From the human T2T-CHM13v2.0 reference genome, Homo sapiens: DNA of 64,000 nucleotides. The notes under the pieces were generated by a model. The model ran no database searches, was not told the origin of the DNA, and worked only from the letters and a program-made list of their open reading frames with translations. The stretch lies in NCBI RefSeq assembly GCF_009914755.1, contig NC_060926.1; one strand, written 5' to 3'. A program made the translations under genes and the position numbers. The stretch's first letter is position 1, and each line of letters starts with the position of its first letter. Shown one piece after another: positions 26,967 through 39,950 of the stretch.

Positions 26967-28045
26967 GAACTTAAATTCATAGTTTTCTTAATATTGATGA
27001 ATCTCTATGAGTAACTTTCTTAATATCTATGAATAGCTATCACTAGCTTTCTTAATACCTATGAATAGCTATTTTCTTGTCTGTAAAATGGGGTTAACAG
27101 GATAAACCTTGCATGATCTGATTATGATATTAAATCACAGATCAGGCAGGGAGCTAATACTTCTTATTCTCCCATTCCTACATTGGTCCCCTTGTGTTGA
27201 ATGATGCAATGATTTCCTAACAGAAATGTAGTTTGTCTGCATTCAGAAATTCCCCTATGGTCTTGATTTTTCCCTATAAGCATAATCAGAGGTGGTTGCT
27301 CAGAGGGTATCTTGAAATGTTGATCCGTCCTCCCCTTAGGCTTTTTCCTGGCAAAAGCTGTATCGTTCCTCCAGTAAAGGCTGACAACATAGAAGGCACT
27401 CTCCTAACAGGATTTTGAAGAGAACGCATATTAGAATCTTACTGTTAAAAGCTTGAAAATACAATTAAACAATATTTTAAATTGAAACAACACTAGAAGA
27501 ATCCCTGTCACAGCACCACTTCTGGACAGGCAAGACATACTATCACTGTGCAAAATAAAAGTGGCAAATTGCATGTACATATGGAAGGCTGAAATGAACT
27601 TTTTCATATCCAGGAGCTGGATATTTTATTCTCAGTTTCACTCTAAATAAAAAGGAATGTCAAGGATGGTCTTATTTAATTCTTTAATCTTCTTTGTGTT
27701 GTTGTTTGCTCTTTCTGAGTAGGAATAGGGAATAAAATTCACTTCCTTAATTCTCATTAATGTGTTAGAGAAGTGGAATGGGATGAGGTTTGTTCATCCT
27801 CATTGCTTCCTTTTTCTGGGCTGGAGGCCATAAGGCACTTGGCTTCTAGAGCTCAAGCTGTTCTGTTCTTCAAATATCCCCTGACAATCAATTTATTGAG
27901 TGATCCTGATGTTGCTCCAGGGATGAGATGACAATTACAGACCCACCAGGAAGCAAAAAGGTGGCGAGAACAGCAGTTACTATACAATGGTGAGGATTCA
28001 GGGATTTGTCAGAATATGAGTGTGAGGCGAGAGTGAGAAAGAATG

Positions 28046-28096
28046 GTGTGTGTGTGCGTGTGTGTGTGTGTGCATGTGTGTGTGTGCGCGCGTGTG
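28046..28096. repeat. (TG)n/(CG)n compound microsatellite
   Basis: 51 bp of uninterrupted purine-pyrimidine alternation. Confidence 0.93.
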
Positions 28097-29072
28097 GGTT
28101 TTCAGCAGTGAGGATACACTGACTTTGATGTTTAGATGTACTTAAAATATGCTTCTACTCAGCAATAAATGCAATCTTAGCAATAGGAGAAAGGGCTAGA
28201 AATAAGGGAATTTATAAAGAAAGAAAAGTGGAACAATGGCTTTTGAATGAAGGCCCCTTCTACTATTAGAAGGCAAGAGCCACTCTTCTTCTATAGATGC
28301 CACATGTGAGAGTGAACATCAGAGTGGGAGATGCTGGAACATGTTTGACTTTGAGTGTTGAGTTGAAGCCAAACTTCCGTCAAGACTGGCTGAAGATTGT
28401 TCAATTTTTAGAACTGCTTTCTTTCCTCCAATATGTGAATTCTTTGGATTCTATAAGTGATGATGATTGAGAGGAGGTCAGTGAAAGGGGAAAGCCACTG
28501 TTTTTTAAAGTGATTTGACTCTTTTATTGTTTTCCATGATTGATTGGATAGAATATGCTTCAAGTAGCAAATTTCACATAAATACTTTGCTGTAAGTTCT
28601 ACTGGACATATAAGAATAGGGAAGGGAAGAAAATCTGGCTTTATTTCTCTCTCCAGTAAACATATTAGCAAATCCACTTCCCTGTGTCCATCAAAAAGGT
28701 AAATTAAAAAAAAATACATAAACAAACATAGCAGATGGATGCAGGATGTAACCCATTGAAGCTTGATCAGTTTATATTTATTTATTTGTTCTCGGTAAGC
28801 CAGTCATCTCATATGGGATTCAAGAAATAAGCAGGAGCTGTGACACCTCCGTTATGGTGCTCAACAAGAAACACTTCCCCAGATTCTTTGAAATAAAGCT
28901 AAAAGTAAATTAAACATAGTAGGCTTCACTTTTTTGAATGAAATTCCAAGAGTGATCTTTGTTTTGCTCAGTATTTTATCTCTTCTTGTTCTGAGTGAGT
29001 TGGGAAAATTAGGTAGTTCTTATTTATTCAGAGGAGGACCCTGTAGTATTATACCATCAAGGTGAACTAGAA

Positions 29073-29376
29073 CAGGGATCCCCAAACCCTGGGCCACAGA
29101 CAGGTAGGTACCTCTTAGGAACTAGGCCACGCAGTAGGAGGTAAGTGGCAGGCCAGCAAGCATTACTGCCTGAGCTCTGCTTCCTGTCAGATCAGCACTG
29201 GCATTAGATTCTCATGAGACTGTGAACCCTATTGTGAACTGCGCATGCAAGGGATCTAGGTTGTGTGCTCCTTGTGAGAATCTAATTCCTGATGAACCCC
29301 ACACCACCACCCCCTTCATAAAAAAACTGTCATCCATGAAACCGGTCCCTAGTGCCAAAAAGGTTGGGAACCACTG
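29073..29376 (+). mobile_element. MER1B hAT-Charlie DNA transposon
   Basis: TIRs CAGGGATCCCCAAACC / GGTTGGGAACCACTG; internal GAACCCTATTGTGAACTGCGCATGCAAGGGATCTAGG; TSD AACTAGAA / AGCTAGAG. Confidence 0.92.
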
Positions 29377-31169
29377 AGCTAGAGAAAGCTCCACAAGCGT
29401 ATCTTTTGTGTTTGCATTTTTAAACAGGTTATTCCACTGGAGACTGGAATTTAAAATATCTTTACATTTTCCTCTTGATTTTATTTTAATAAATAGTGTT
29501 TTTCTAAGAGCTAAAAACCCCTAATTTTACGAGAACATTTTGTGTAAAGTCAGATCCAAATTCCAGACACAGTGATAGCAACTGCTACACATCCTTTTAC
29601 ATAGCTCTTGAGAATATTAAGGCGTTCCATACCAAATTTCTATGTTAAAGGCTTGTGAATAGGATTAAATTCGACCCAAAGCAAGGTGGCAAAAATATGT
29701 CATCCAGTACTTATAAAGCAGCATGAATGAAAATGGACTCCGTCCAGTTTTGATGTAAATTTTAAACAATTAAAAGTACATGAGTTACAATGCCCAGAGC
29801 TGAGCACTGAGGACATTACTGCACACTTGAGATAACTTTGGGAACTGAAGAAGCAATCGTTTCACAGTATGACATGAAAATAACAGACAATATTTGTGTC
29901 TGCAGAGTCAAGCACAATCTTGTGTGCCTTTATCATGTAGGGGATTTTTTTCAGCACGCTGGCAGGAGCATGAGTGATGCACAATGGCAGTGGTGAATAG
30001 TTTTTGGAATAGATTAGTAAGTGACGTCACAGATAAAGGACTATTTATCACCATAATTTAACACAAGGTGCAACACAATGGCTTGATGGATGCATTTTAT
30101 GGTTTTCAGCCAGTCATAATAATGGACCTATTGACTAAAGTTTTATGTGTCCTTTATGCATCCTTCATGTTTTAGAAAAAAAGCAGGGACCACGCTGGGG
30201 TAGAATGAGTGATAATTCAGAAAGGACCAGCCCTTTGTGGAGTATGTTTTTCACCTGCTCAGGCTCCTATCCCCGAGTCTCTGGGGCTCTAAGCTCAAAC
30301 TACCAAAGGCCAAGGAGACAGCCGAAGCTAAATTAAAGGAAACATCTGAGATGAGAGACAATGTTGCTCTGCCTCACCACTGAGGTCAGTCAGCAGGGAT
30401 GGGAATCACTTAGGGAGCCGAATTACTGTCACTTCCCTAAACAAGGGAAGGGGTGCTGGTTAGGGAGAATGATACCTCTCAGAGAATTTCTTAGCTAGTA
30501 GGGTCTGTAAAGATGACAAAGGAGGTCAGAAAACATTCTTTCAGAGAAAATGATGAATTCATTATGTCCGATCAGAGAATTTCCTTAAAGAAGGGGAGAG
30601 TATGCAGTGTCTTCTTTTCCCCCTCACAAACACTCTTAGGGATACATTTTTTTTTCACTGATTTTCATGGACTTTTGGACTGCTATAAAATATTGGGCTA
30701 ATTTCTTCTTATTATTTTAAAAATGATTCACTTGTGGGCAGTTGGAGAACCAAAGACCCTAATGTTGTTTTCTTTACAAAGAAGGGCTCAGAAAGTAGAA
30801 GAATTGGATATTTATGTGATCAATGTTTTATCATTTCTCTCACAGCCAGCCAGGACTAGGATGTTTTTTTCAATTGAATACAGCAAACAAGCAAAAATAT
30901 TAGATGATGAAGTGACGACACTACACTGACAAAAATTATTTTCCTCAATCTCAGCACATAGGTACCCATCTCTTACTGACTATTCTTTCCCTTGTCTGCC
31001 AAGTGAGGGTAATAATATCATGACCCTCATAGGAAATTTGGGAGGGTTCAATGGGACGATGTCAAGAAAAGCAATTCATATATATGCATAACTCTTATGT
31101 CCAAGGCATTGTCCAAGTTTTACATTTCCCACCAACTTGCCTACAAGGCACAGGGGTGGAGAGCAGAGA

Positions 31170-31370
31170 AATAAGCCGCTGGGTTCTAATCTTGGGTGGT
31201 GGTCATATCATTTGAGAAATCAGGAAAGGTTTAACATTGGTAACCCTCAGTTTCCACTTATTTAAAATGGAGTTTATATTAGTACCAGCTTTATCCGATT
31301 ACTCTGAAAATGAAATAAGTTAATGAATGTAAAGGACTTGTCTGTAATAAGTATTAAATAAATAGAAGTC
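31170..31370 (+). mobile_element. MIR SINE
   Basis: CTGGGTTCTAATCTTGG...CCTCAGTTTCCACTTATTTAAAATGGAG...AATGAAATAAGTTAATGAATGTAAAG. Confidence 0.7.
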
Positions 31371-32479
31371 ATTGTTATGACTAATCCTGCTCTTGGATTC
31401 TTTTAGGAGGTAGCCTGCCAGTAATGAAAGGACCAGTTCAGCTCTCATTATGAATATTTTTAACAGTGTAGATTCTATATTTGTACATGCTATCTGTTTG
31501 TGCTTTAGTTATTTGCTCCAAAGTATTTTTCACTCACCACAGTTTGAGATTTGAGTGGAATAAAATATATTTAAATGGCCCTCTGTGTAAAGGGAACATT
31601 TAAAAAAAAAAAACAGTAGACAGAGGAATAAATTCTCTATTTATCAATCTATCCATCTATTCATCTAAACTTTTTTGAAATTAGTACCTTATGTAGGGGA
31701 CCAGATGGCTCAGGAAATTTGTAATCCTCATACTTTGCATTGCCAAAGTGCTTTTAAATTAAAAATCTAAAAGCATCTTACCAATATTAGCTCATAACTC
31801 ATTAGAATTAACCTAAGATCCTTGGTTCATTTCATCCCCAAGATGCTAATTAGCAAAAGCACTTCTTACTCTTACTGTTTGGGTGGCTTAAATAAAATGG
31901 TTACACTTTGTTTCTGAAGAGTATGCATCTGCACTGTGATTGGTCAGTATTCTATAGCTTTGGTTTCACTAGAAAAATTTTAAAAATCATACAAGTAGGC
32001 AGAACTTTCAAGATAGAGAAAACTATACAATAGGTATTTAATATTTTGAAGAAGAAAATACTTGAGCAGGAAATGAGAAATAGTGCATGTTTCATCATGT
32101 AAATGCCAGTGAATTATTGATGATGTAGAGAGTGTGAAAAAAATTTTGAGATTTTAACTCAAGGAGATATACACAACTTCATAAGAACTCCTGAGATTTA
32201 GTGAAGTGAAAATCATGATAGACACTCCTGGTGAGGAAAGTTATACCTCTGTTTGAAGAGACACCTGCATGAGAATGGGAGGCACAAGGCCAAGAGAATG
32301 TTACGGGAAATCAGTGAAACTGATGATGCAATGTTCTATTGAAAGTAAAAGTGAGAAATAAAACTAGCATTAGAGAGAGAACATGGATGCTGCATTTCAA
32401 GTATAGGTAACATAAATGGATAAGAAACAAGTTGCCTTGGTGATAGTGGAAGTCAGCTACCAGACTATCTGCTGAAATT

Positions 32480-33655
32480 CTCACTCAGCTACGAGTAGAG
32501 CATATAAAACATTTGAGTCTTACCCTACATTTCATGTCTTGCTACCAAGTCTTGTCAGATGAGGCCACCTTCATTTTGTGATAGAACTGGGAAAGGCTTT
32601 AGACCTAGTGAACCTGGATTTCAACAACACATTTGGTAAAATCTCTGGTTATCTTTATAGACAAAAATGGTAAAATGTCGATAGGATAATAGGTATGTAC
32701 ATTTGTAACTATTTAATCACATGCCAATAAGTGCTACTTAATGAAGCGAAGTTTATCTTTAGGGAACAAACTGCGCTTGTGCTCCTGTCAATGGTCTTAT
32801 TTCTTTGCGTATTTTTCACAGTGACTTTGGTGATGACATAAATGGGTTACTCTCTTCTGATTACTAGATGACAGGAAAAAAGTCATGGAACTCAAGTATT
32901 TGCTTCATGATCAAAAAGCTCTCTAAAGGATGAAATAATGGGTCAAGCATAATGAAGTGGGAACTAGAAGAGATAAAAATAAAGTTATACACATAGGATC
33001 CCCAGATCCCTCTGTTTTAATATGTAATAGGGAATATGAAGCTGAACAGTAGTAACACATTTTATGGAGACTATACTAGTCCATTCTCACACTGCTAATA
33101 AAGACATACCCGAGACTGGGTAATTTGTAAAGAAAAAGAAGTTTAATGGATTCACAGTTCCACATGGCTGGGGAGGCCTCACATGGTGGCAGGCAAAGGA
33201 GGAGCAAAGGCACGTCTTGCAAGGTGGCAGGCAAGACAGCATGTGCAAGGGAACTGCCCTTTATAAAACCATTGGCTCTCGTGAGAACTTATTCACCATC
33301 ACGAGAACAGCACAGGAAAAGCCCACCTTCATGATCCAGTTACCTCCCACTGGCCCCCTCCCATGATAGATGGGGACTATGGCAGCTACAAATTTAAGAT
33401 GAGATTTGGGTGGGGACACAGCCAGACCACATGAGAGACTCAATGTTTAATTGATTCTGAAAACCCAGCATATGTCAACACTGTGATGTAACTACTAGAA
33501 AAGCTGTGTGTTTCATGGACATTTATATAACGTTAGTACTGATGAGATGACAGATTCCCTTTACCCTGTGCTAGTCAGGCTAGACTTGGACCATGGTGGT
33601 TCATTTTAGAGGCCATATTTTAAAAAGACATTGATGAGCTGATATATACCCAGAA
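32480..33655 (+). mobile_element. L3/CR1 LINE fragment (RT region), split by a THE1 LTR
   Basis: TAGACCTAGTGAACCTGGATTTCAACAACACATTTGGTAAAATCTCT resembles the CR1 RT D.VYLDFSKAFDKV motif; resumes after the LTR with CCCTGTGCTAGTCAGGCTAGACTTGGA...GGCCATATTTTAAAAAGACATTGATGAGCTG. Confidence 0.65.
33072..33434 (-). mobile_element. THE1 (MaLR) solo LTR
   Basis: TATACTAGTCCATTCTCACACTGCTAATAAAGACATACCCGAGACTGGG...GAGATTTGGGTGGGGACACAGCCAGACCACATGA; perfect 5-bp TSD GAGAC at 33067-33071 and 33435-33439. Confidence 0.95.
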
Positions 33656-34689
33656 TTATTGTGGGTGACTATAGAGGAGAACTTGGGACAGTATTTGTAA
33701 AATGTAGGGTGAGAGGAGTGGGTTAGGTGGGGTGTTGGGGTTTCGTCGCAGTATCAGGAAGGTACTCCTAAAGACAGATGAACTAGAAGAGTGGAGAGTT
33801 GATACACATCTTGTTAGAAATGTTATAAAGGACTTAAGAGTCAGCTGATGTGTTGGACTAGCAACCTCTGATGGTCTTCCAAATCCAAGATGCCAGAAAT
33901 CTAACAAAATCTTAATTTGAATGACCAATGGATATGAAAGTTGATATTAAAGAAATGAAGTAAATGGAGAATCATTGGCATGCAAAGAAAAAAAAAACCC
34001 TCAAGCCAAAATCTCTGGTTCTCTGCCACATGTTTCACAGTATGTTTCTACACATCCTGTTTCAAAGTAGTGCACAAAGAAAAAGGCCCTCAGATGGTAA
34101 TTAGCCTCTGAACTTTTCTTTAATTTGGAGTTTGAATTAGTTTATTCACGCTTAATAGGGGCCTTTGGGTTGACACCTGGAGGTAGCCTACATGTCCCAA
34201 ATCTTCTAGCAGGCTTCAGAGATGAACTCAAATCCCTACTATATTTGACTTTCACTGAGCCTTTGATGTTTGCTGTCCCTTGTTTAGGTGCTGGAATAAA
34301 AATACTGACCACAAAGACAATCCTATAACTCACAGTTGCATGCAATTTCTCTGAATATTGCTTTCAATCATGAATGATCATTTTTTTGGAAGCAAAGACC
34401 AAGTACCTTTTGGGTCAAGATCATCTTCATTAATATATGTTTTTTTTTTCCAAATCTAAATAATGTTTTGTTTCTTTTTCTAAAAGAAGCAGTATTTCAG
34501 TACATGCTTCGATGTCTAGCCTTTAGTTTTATTTTGATTTCACAATAAAATATGAGTGTTTCAAAGGCTGGAACCATCTTTGAATCCTCAGCACTTACCT
34601 CACTTTTGGCACAGTGCAGGTGCTCAATGAATGCTTGTTGGACTTAAAAGCTTACTGATGATTCGATTAAAGGACATTAAGGAAATATG

Positions 34690-34940
34690 ACAAATAAATA
34701 CCAGAAGTGATCCTGGATCCTGAACCAACAAAAGGGCCTTCAAGGGACAATGGTTGAAATTTGAATAAGATTTGACTAGAGATTAATTATGAATTTTAAT
34801 GTTAATTTTCTGATTTTGATAATTGAACTGTGGTTATTAACACTAGTTACTATTGTAAATATAGGAATATTTGAGGAATCTTGTATACAGGGATTCTTTG
34901 TACTATTTTTGTAAATGTATTAGAAAACTGAAAAAATAAA
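34690..34940 (+). mobile_element. L1ME/MC-like 3' end
   Basis: TGATCCTGGATCCTGAAC...GGGACAATGGTTGAAATTTGAATAAG...AATGTTAATTTTCTGATTTTGATAATTG...CTTTGTACTATTTTTG. Confidence 0.65.
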
Positions 34941-36034
34941 AGAAAAATGTTTTTCAATGATATCACTTAGCAGCCTCAGAGGAGATTAGAACAAGATTAG
35001 TTAGCATTTTTTCTAAGGCCTAGATATTCATGGGACAGGAGGAAGTGGTCTTGCATCTTGCATAAATCACAAGCTTGTTCTAAGGTACTATTGGCAGGCG
35101 TCACTTGGAATTAGCAATATCAGATCACAGGAAAGTGGCTGGTTGTAGAGAAGGCCATTTGTCCACCTGAACTTTATAACTGATTGTCAACCAAACTGAT
35201 GTAGAGTGAGTTCTCTTTAATTTTACAGAGAGTAGCCTAAAAGATGACTTCAAGCTGACTAGGATTTAATTTTCAATGCTAACCTTCAATTAATTTGTAA
35301 CTTTTTTGGCACTTGGTTTGCTGCAATGGCTGTAATTATGTTGTTTTCTGAATGATGAATTCATTCAGTGCATACTCTCCAGACTGTTTATACAGCTGGA
35401 AAATAGCAATGGTAATAGATGAGGGGAAAGAAGTTAATAACGAACTTACTTAAAAAATTCAGTTATCTGTGTGTGTATTTTTAAGTGTCTCCTGAGCCAT
35501 TATTTGGTAGCTTAAACTAAATTTTTCATGGCCACCATTTTAAATGAGCTAGTAATAAAATCGCTAGATGTTTTAATATTTTAAATGCTATCTTGAATGT
35601 AAATGCATATTTGACATTGCAAAGGAGGCAGCTTAATGCCTTTTAATCCTTAGTTCACCATTTGCTGAAGAAAGCCATGTTGGTTTTCCATTAAGGAAAC
35701 CAAAGCTGTCATCTACAAATTTCTTCTTAGCCAGTAACTGCTCTTAGCATTTTCTAGAATTCTTTCTATGATCAATTCAAACCCAGGCAGGGTATATTAC
35801 TGCCATATTGGTTTCAGCTGATGAGTCATAAAAATTGCCTGTCAAGCAAATGAGGAAACTTGCAGATGATCTTTGGAGTTTTATAATACACACTCTTTCA
35901 CCTTAACTTCTATTTAGACAAAAGAACGTTCTTTATCAGTAGAAATTTTCTTTTGATCGTAAATGCCCACCATGTGGTTTGTAACCTTGTGTTTAACAAA
36001 GTACTGCAAGAGCTATCAGTTGGAGTGAGGCTGA

Positions 36035-36178
36035 TTCAGAGTTACACAGACTGCTTGACCCTAGACCCTGAGTTTCTGATTTAGAAGGTCTGGGATGGGG
36101 CTGGGAATTTACATTTCAAATTAGTTCCCTGGCATTGCAGGTGCTGCTGGTTCAGAGACCATGCTTTGAGAACCATTA
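36035..36178. mobile_element. MER5A DNA transposon
   Basis: GAGTTTCTGATTTAGAAGGTCTGGGATGGGGCTGGGAATTTACATTTC...GCTGCTGGTTCAGAGACCATGCTTTGAGAACCA. Confidence 0.85.
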
Positions 36179-36186
36179 CTCTAAGG

Positions 36187-36411
36187 CAGAGGTCAGCAAA
36201 CTACAGCTCCTGGGTCAAATCTGGCTACCCACTTATTTTTGTAGGAGAGAAATTCATTGAAACACAGTCATGCTCAATTATTTACATATTGTCTACTGCT
36301 GCTTTTGAACTACAATAGTAGAAATTCAGTAGTTATAACAGAGACCTGATGGTCTGCAAAGCTTAAAAGATTTATTACATGACTTTTATAGAAAAAGTTG
36401 GCCAAATCCTA
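36187..36411. mobile_element. MER58A hAT-Charlie DNA transposon
   Basis: CAGAGGTCAGCAAACTACAGC...GAAAAAGTTGGCCAAATCCTA; TSD CTCTAAGG / CCCTAAGG. Confidence 0.88.
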
Positions 36412-38459
36412 CCCTAAGGTGTTACCTCTAATCCTGTGACCCAGTGTGGCTGAGGTGTGGATGTGGTCAACCCTGAGCAATAGAAGTGCCCTCAACTCTC
36501 CCGCACCTGTCCTGCCCTTCTGCTTCTGCAGTCACTCTTGGAAATGGCTCTGTTATTAGTCACTTACTCTTTATTCACCTGTTTCCTCCTTAGAGGGTAT
36601 TTGCACCTGAATGTTTCTCTCTCATTACAGGGTTAAAAAAAAAAAAAGACTTCTCCCTAGGGAAATACATTTGCCATATCACAAGCAAAAGGAGAGTTCA
36701 TTTTGCCATAGGAGCAGAGAGCTCCTGGGAGCCGGGAAATCCTCGCTTCTCTGTCTCCGTGTGAGACAGGTCCCTGACATGAACATCTCCCTCTGCCAAA
36801 GTGCACTCAGACAAGAAAAGAGAACTTTTCTTGTTTTGTGGCAGCTATTTCTCATTGTGGCCTCCTGTGCTTGGCCTGAGACCTTAGCTCCAATGGATAA
36901 AATCCATTTTTGACACTGTTCCTGGGTGAAGGAGAAAAGTTAATCTCACAGATGTCTAGATGTTTGTCCTCACTCAAACCAGTTACTAGTCCTCCCACCG
37001 GCCTGTGAGGAAACTTCCATTTCCTGAGATGGACACCTGGACTCCAGAATTTTTTGATATCCAACATCTCTCTACATTTCCCGCCTTTCTAGGCATCACC
37101 CAAATATTTGAGTTGCACAGATATTTTATTTCTTGTGCTATGTCTTTTTTAATGGGTCTCTCTTGCCTAGAAAGTATGTCTTTCTCCAAGTCACATGGTT
37201 AATTTCCTCTGCATCGTATGTTCAGGTGGCACATCCTCAAGGAAGCTTTCCCTGCTTCCCTCAGGAATGCCCACTTAACCCTTCTTTGGGTTCTCATGAT
37301 TCCCTGTCATTTCAGCATAATTGAACTTTCCCTTTGTTTTATAATCACCAGACTCTTACATTAAGTTTGCTTACAGCTGCTATATTACCTTTCTCTGTAT
37401 GTTCCAACCCTAGCACAATACTAAAATGTGGATAATATTCAAATGTAGGCTAAGCGAATAAATAATTCAATGAGATACACTCTCAGATGTGCAGAGCCTC
37501 CCTCACATCATTCATGCAGCAAGAGTAGTAGTGGTAATAGTTATGCCAATATGATTTTCCTAAAATAGAAGTAACACCCTTTTCTTCTGCTCCTCTACCT
37601 TTGGGAAAACTCAATTTTTATCAATATTTTGGGAAGTCACAACTTTGCTGATGATGGGTTTTCACACCTGTCAAATGGGTCTAATCCAGTCTGTTCTTGG
37701 AAACTCTCAAGATGAGTTATGGATCCAGTGAGAATGATGAAAAGGAGCTTTGCAGAATCAGAGGCACTGCACAAACTATGGCATTATTATACACACCTTT
37801 TAAAAGTGTCATGGTGCCATTTAACCTTCTCTTGTTCTGAGAATCATCTTGACCTTAGGAATTCACTCTTCAGTTTGAAGTTGGATAAACAAAAGTAAAG
37901 CTTCAACGTCCTTTCTTTAGAATTAAAGAGGAAAGTTGGTGATTATGCATGTTTGTATTCTGCGCTTCTTAGAACTGTTAGCAAGTGTGTCTAGAGAGAG
38001 ATCAGCTCTCAAGGCCCTATATTTTAAACATCTGTTTTTAAACAATAGATTTCTCTTTAGAGACACTCATTGCTTTGACATTTGTAGATTTGCTGCAATG
38101 GAAGGTCAATAACCATGCAGTGTTAGAAAGTATTTCCCCTTTTTGCATGGTCCCTCTGAGGAGAGGTAATTCATACATCTTCTAAAGCCTGAACCATGGC
38201 ATCACCCAGGTGGAAGGGAAACTTTTAAGGCCAGTGAGCATGGAATCCTCTCATTCCATCCCAATTATGGAAACACCTACACTAAATAGCACATCAAAAA
38301 TTACAGTGCTTGGCTTTGAATGAGCAGATAGGCATATATCCCTGAATATGCAGTATCTGTACTAACAAAAAAGAAGTCATTCTTGCACCCTTTATAACAT
38401 TGGTGTCACTTGTGTCTTCGCTTCATTTGAAATCCTGAGATTACATTTAATCACTGTTC

Positions 38460-39030
38460 TTTTTCTCCATTCATTCATTCATTGATTCATACAATAAACA
38501 TTTATTAAATTTTGACCGTCTGCCAGGGGCTGAGCTAAGTGCTTAAGACCAAGCTCTGGTCTTGCCCAAGGATGAGGCTGACAGCTAACAAGGAAGAAAA
38601 TGTATCTTTAAACAAAATGATATAAATGACACAAAACAAAAGAAAATGGAGCAAATGGCAGGTCTTCCTTTATAAATATATATATTTAGCTAGGACCTCT
38701 AAGACAGGCTTGCTTCTTGAGGGCAATGATATTTAAACTTTGGCTTGAAGGCTGAGTTCTTCAGATGAGTAAAAGAAAGAAGAGAGTGATTTTAATGTAG
38801 AAGGTAGAGTGTGCAGTCAAAAGGCTCATGGAGTACAGTGTGTCAACTCAGAATAATAAGTTGTTCAGTGCGGCTGTAGTTTTTGGAAGTGGAGGGGGAG
38901 GAATAAGAGATAGGAAAACTCAAGAGAATTTGGGTTTTGGAGGACCTTGACTGCTAATGAGTTTGGCTGTTGTTCAGTGGAGAAGAGGGAATCATTGAGG
39001 AATGTTAAGCTACTTCATCACAAGAAATTA
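38460..39030 (-). mobile_element. L2 3' region
   Basis: CATTCATTCATTCATTGATTCATACAATAAACATTTATT...TGCCAGGGGCTGAGCTAAGTGCT, followed by L2-like GA-rich sequence. Confidence 0.7.
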
Positions 39031-39329
39031 GGTGTTTTATCTGAGACTAGAACATCGAAATCCTTGCCATTTTTCTGAGAAGTGGCCTAGGCCAAGTAAC
39101 ACAAAGGATTGGTCTCTCACTCTTTCGTCTTATACCTTAGTCTCTCCAGATGAGTTTTAGAGTACATGAAATCTATTTTATTCTGAGATTGGTATCCTTA
39201 ACATGAGTTCTGCCTTTTTCTCACTTTAGGAACTGAATATCTTGAGGCACTTACTCCTTATCAGTAACAAACCTATTCACTTTAGGTATGTTTTGGTGTG
39301 AAACAAAACCAGAGAATTACTTTTTTAGG

Positions 39330-39950
39330 ATAGAGATTAATAGTATTCATCACATTCAATACTTCTCTCCTTTCTGGCACACAGTAAGTCTTCCCAGCTT
39401 CCCTTGCACTTAGTTTGATCCACACAACTAGTTCTGGCCAATGGATTATGAACATAAATGATTAACTGTAATTTCTGATTAAAATACTTTAGACTGGGTA
39501 TGAGTTTTCTATTTTTTTCCCTCCTGCTGATGCAATACTAGTAGACTCAGTATCAAAATATGACAGAACCTTCATCAGCTGGATTCCAGAATGACCATGT
39601 GGAGCAGAGCTACCTGCTGACCTGTGTCAGGAAAGAAGAACCTGAAATTAACCTTTGTTGCATTATGCCACTGAGATTTTAGAATATATTTGTCACCACA
39701 CTCAGGGAGACATTGAGGATGTTTGGGGCCTGAAGATTATACAATTTGAAGGGTGGGTGCTTTTATAGAAACAGACACAAAACTAACTTACTTTTGCAAA
39801 ATTTACAAAAGTATATGAACATGAAAACTCATTGCTAGGGCCTTCTTAGGACCTTGGAAGGGGTCTGGATGGTGAGGGGCCCTGGAGCTAAGCTTTTTTA
39901 GATTTGTAGTAAATCTACCTCTTCCCACAGCACAGCCTATCTTAATCTAC
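39330..39950 (+). mobile_element. Old MLT1-family MaLR LTR, interrupted by MER53
   Basis: CTGGCCAATGG...GACCATGTGGAGCAGAGCTACCTGCTGACC...AAATTAACCTTTGTTGCATTATGCCACTGAGATTT; resumes CACAGCACAGCCTATCTTAA. Confidence 0.65.
39703..39921. mobile_element. MER53-like hAT DNA transposon
   Basis: TGGGGCCTGAAGATTATACAATTTG...CCTTGGAAGGGGTC...GAGGGGCCCTGGAGCTAAGC...GTAAATCTACCTCT. Confidence 0.7.

Noticed and set aside
29032-29146. Exon using a GAG|GTAAGT donor inside MER1B (similar donors in MIR/L2 at ~10401, 34592 and 47015)
   Set aside because: Donors are repeat-derived and paired acceptors are weak; indistinguishable from background pseudo-exons
33707-33740. Possible G-quadruplex (GGG-N10-GGG-N6-GGGG-N4-GGGG)
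   Set aside because: Long first loop and no promoter or CpG-island context; such motifs are common
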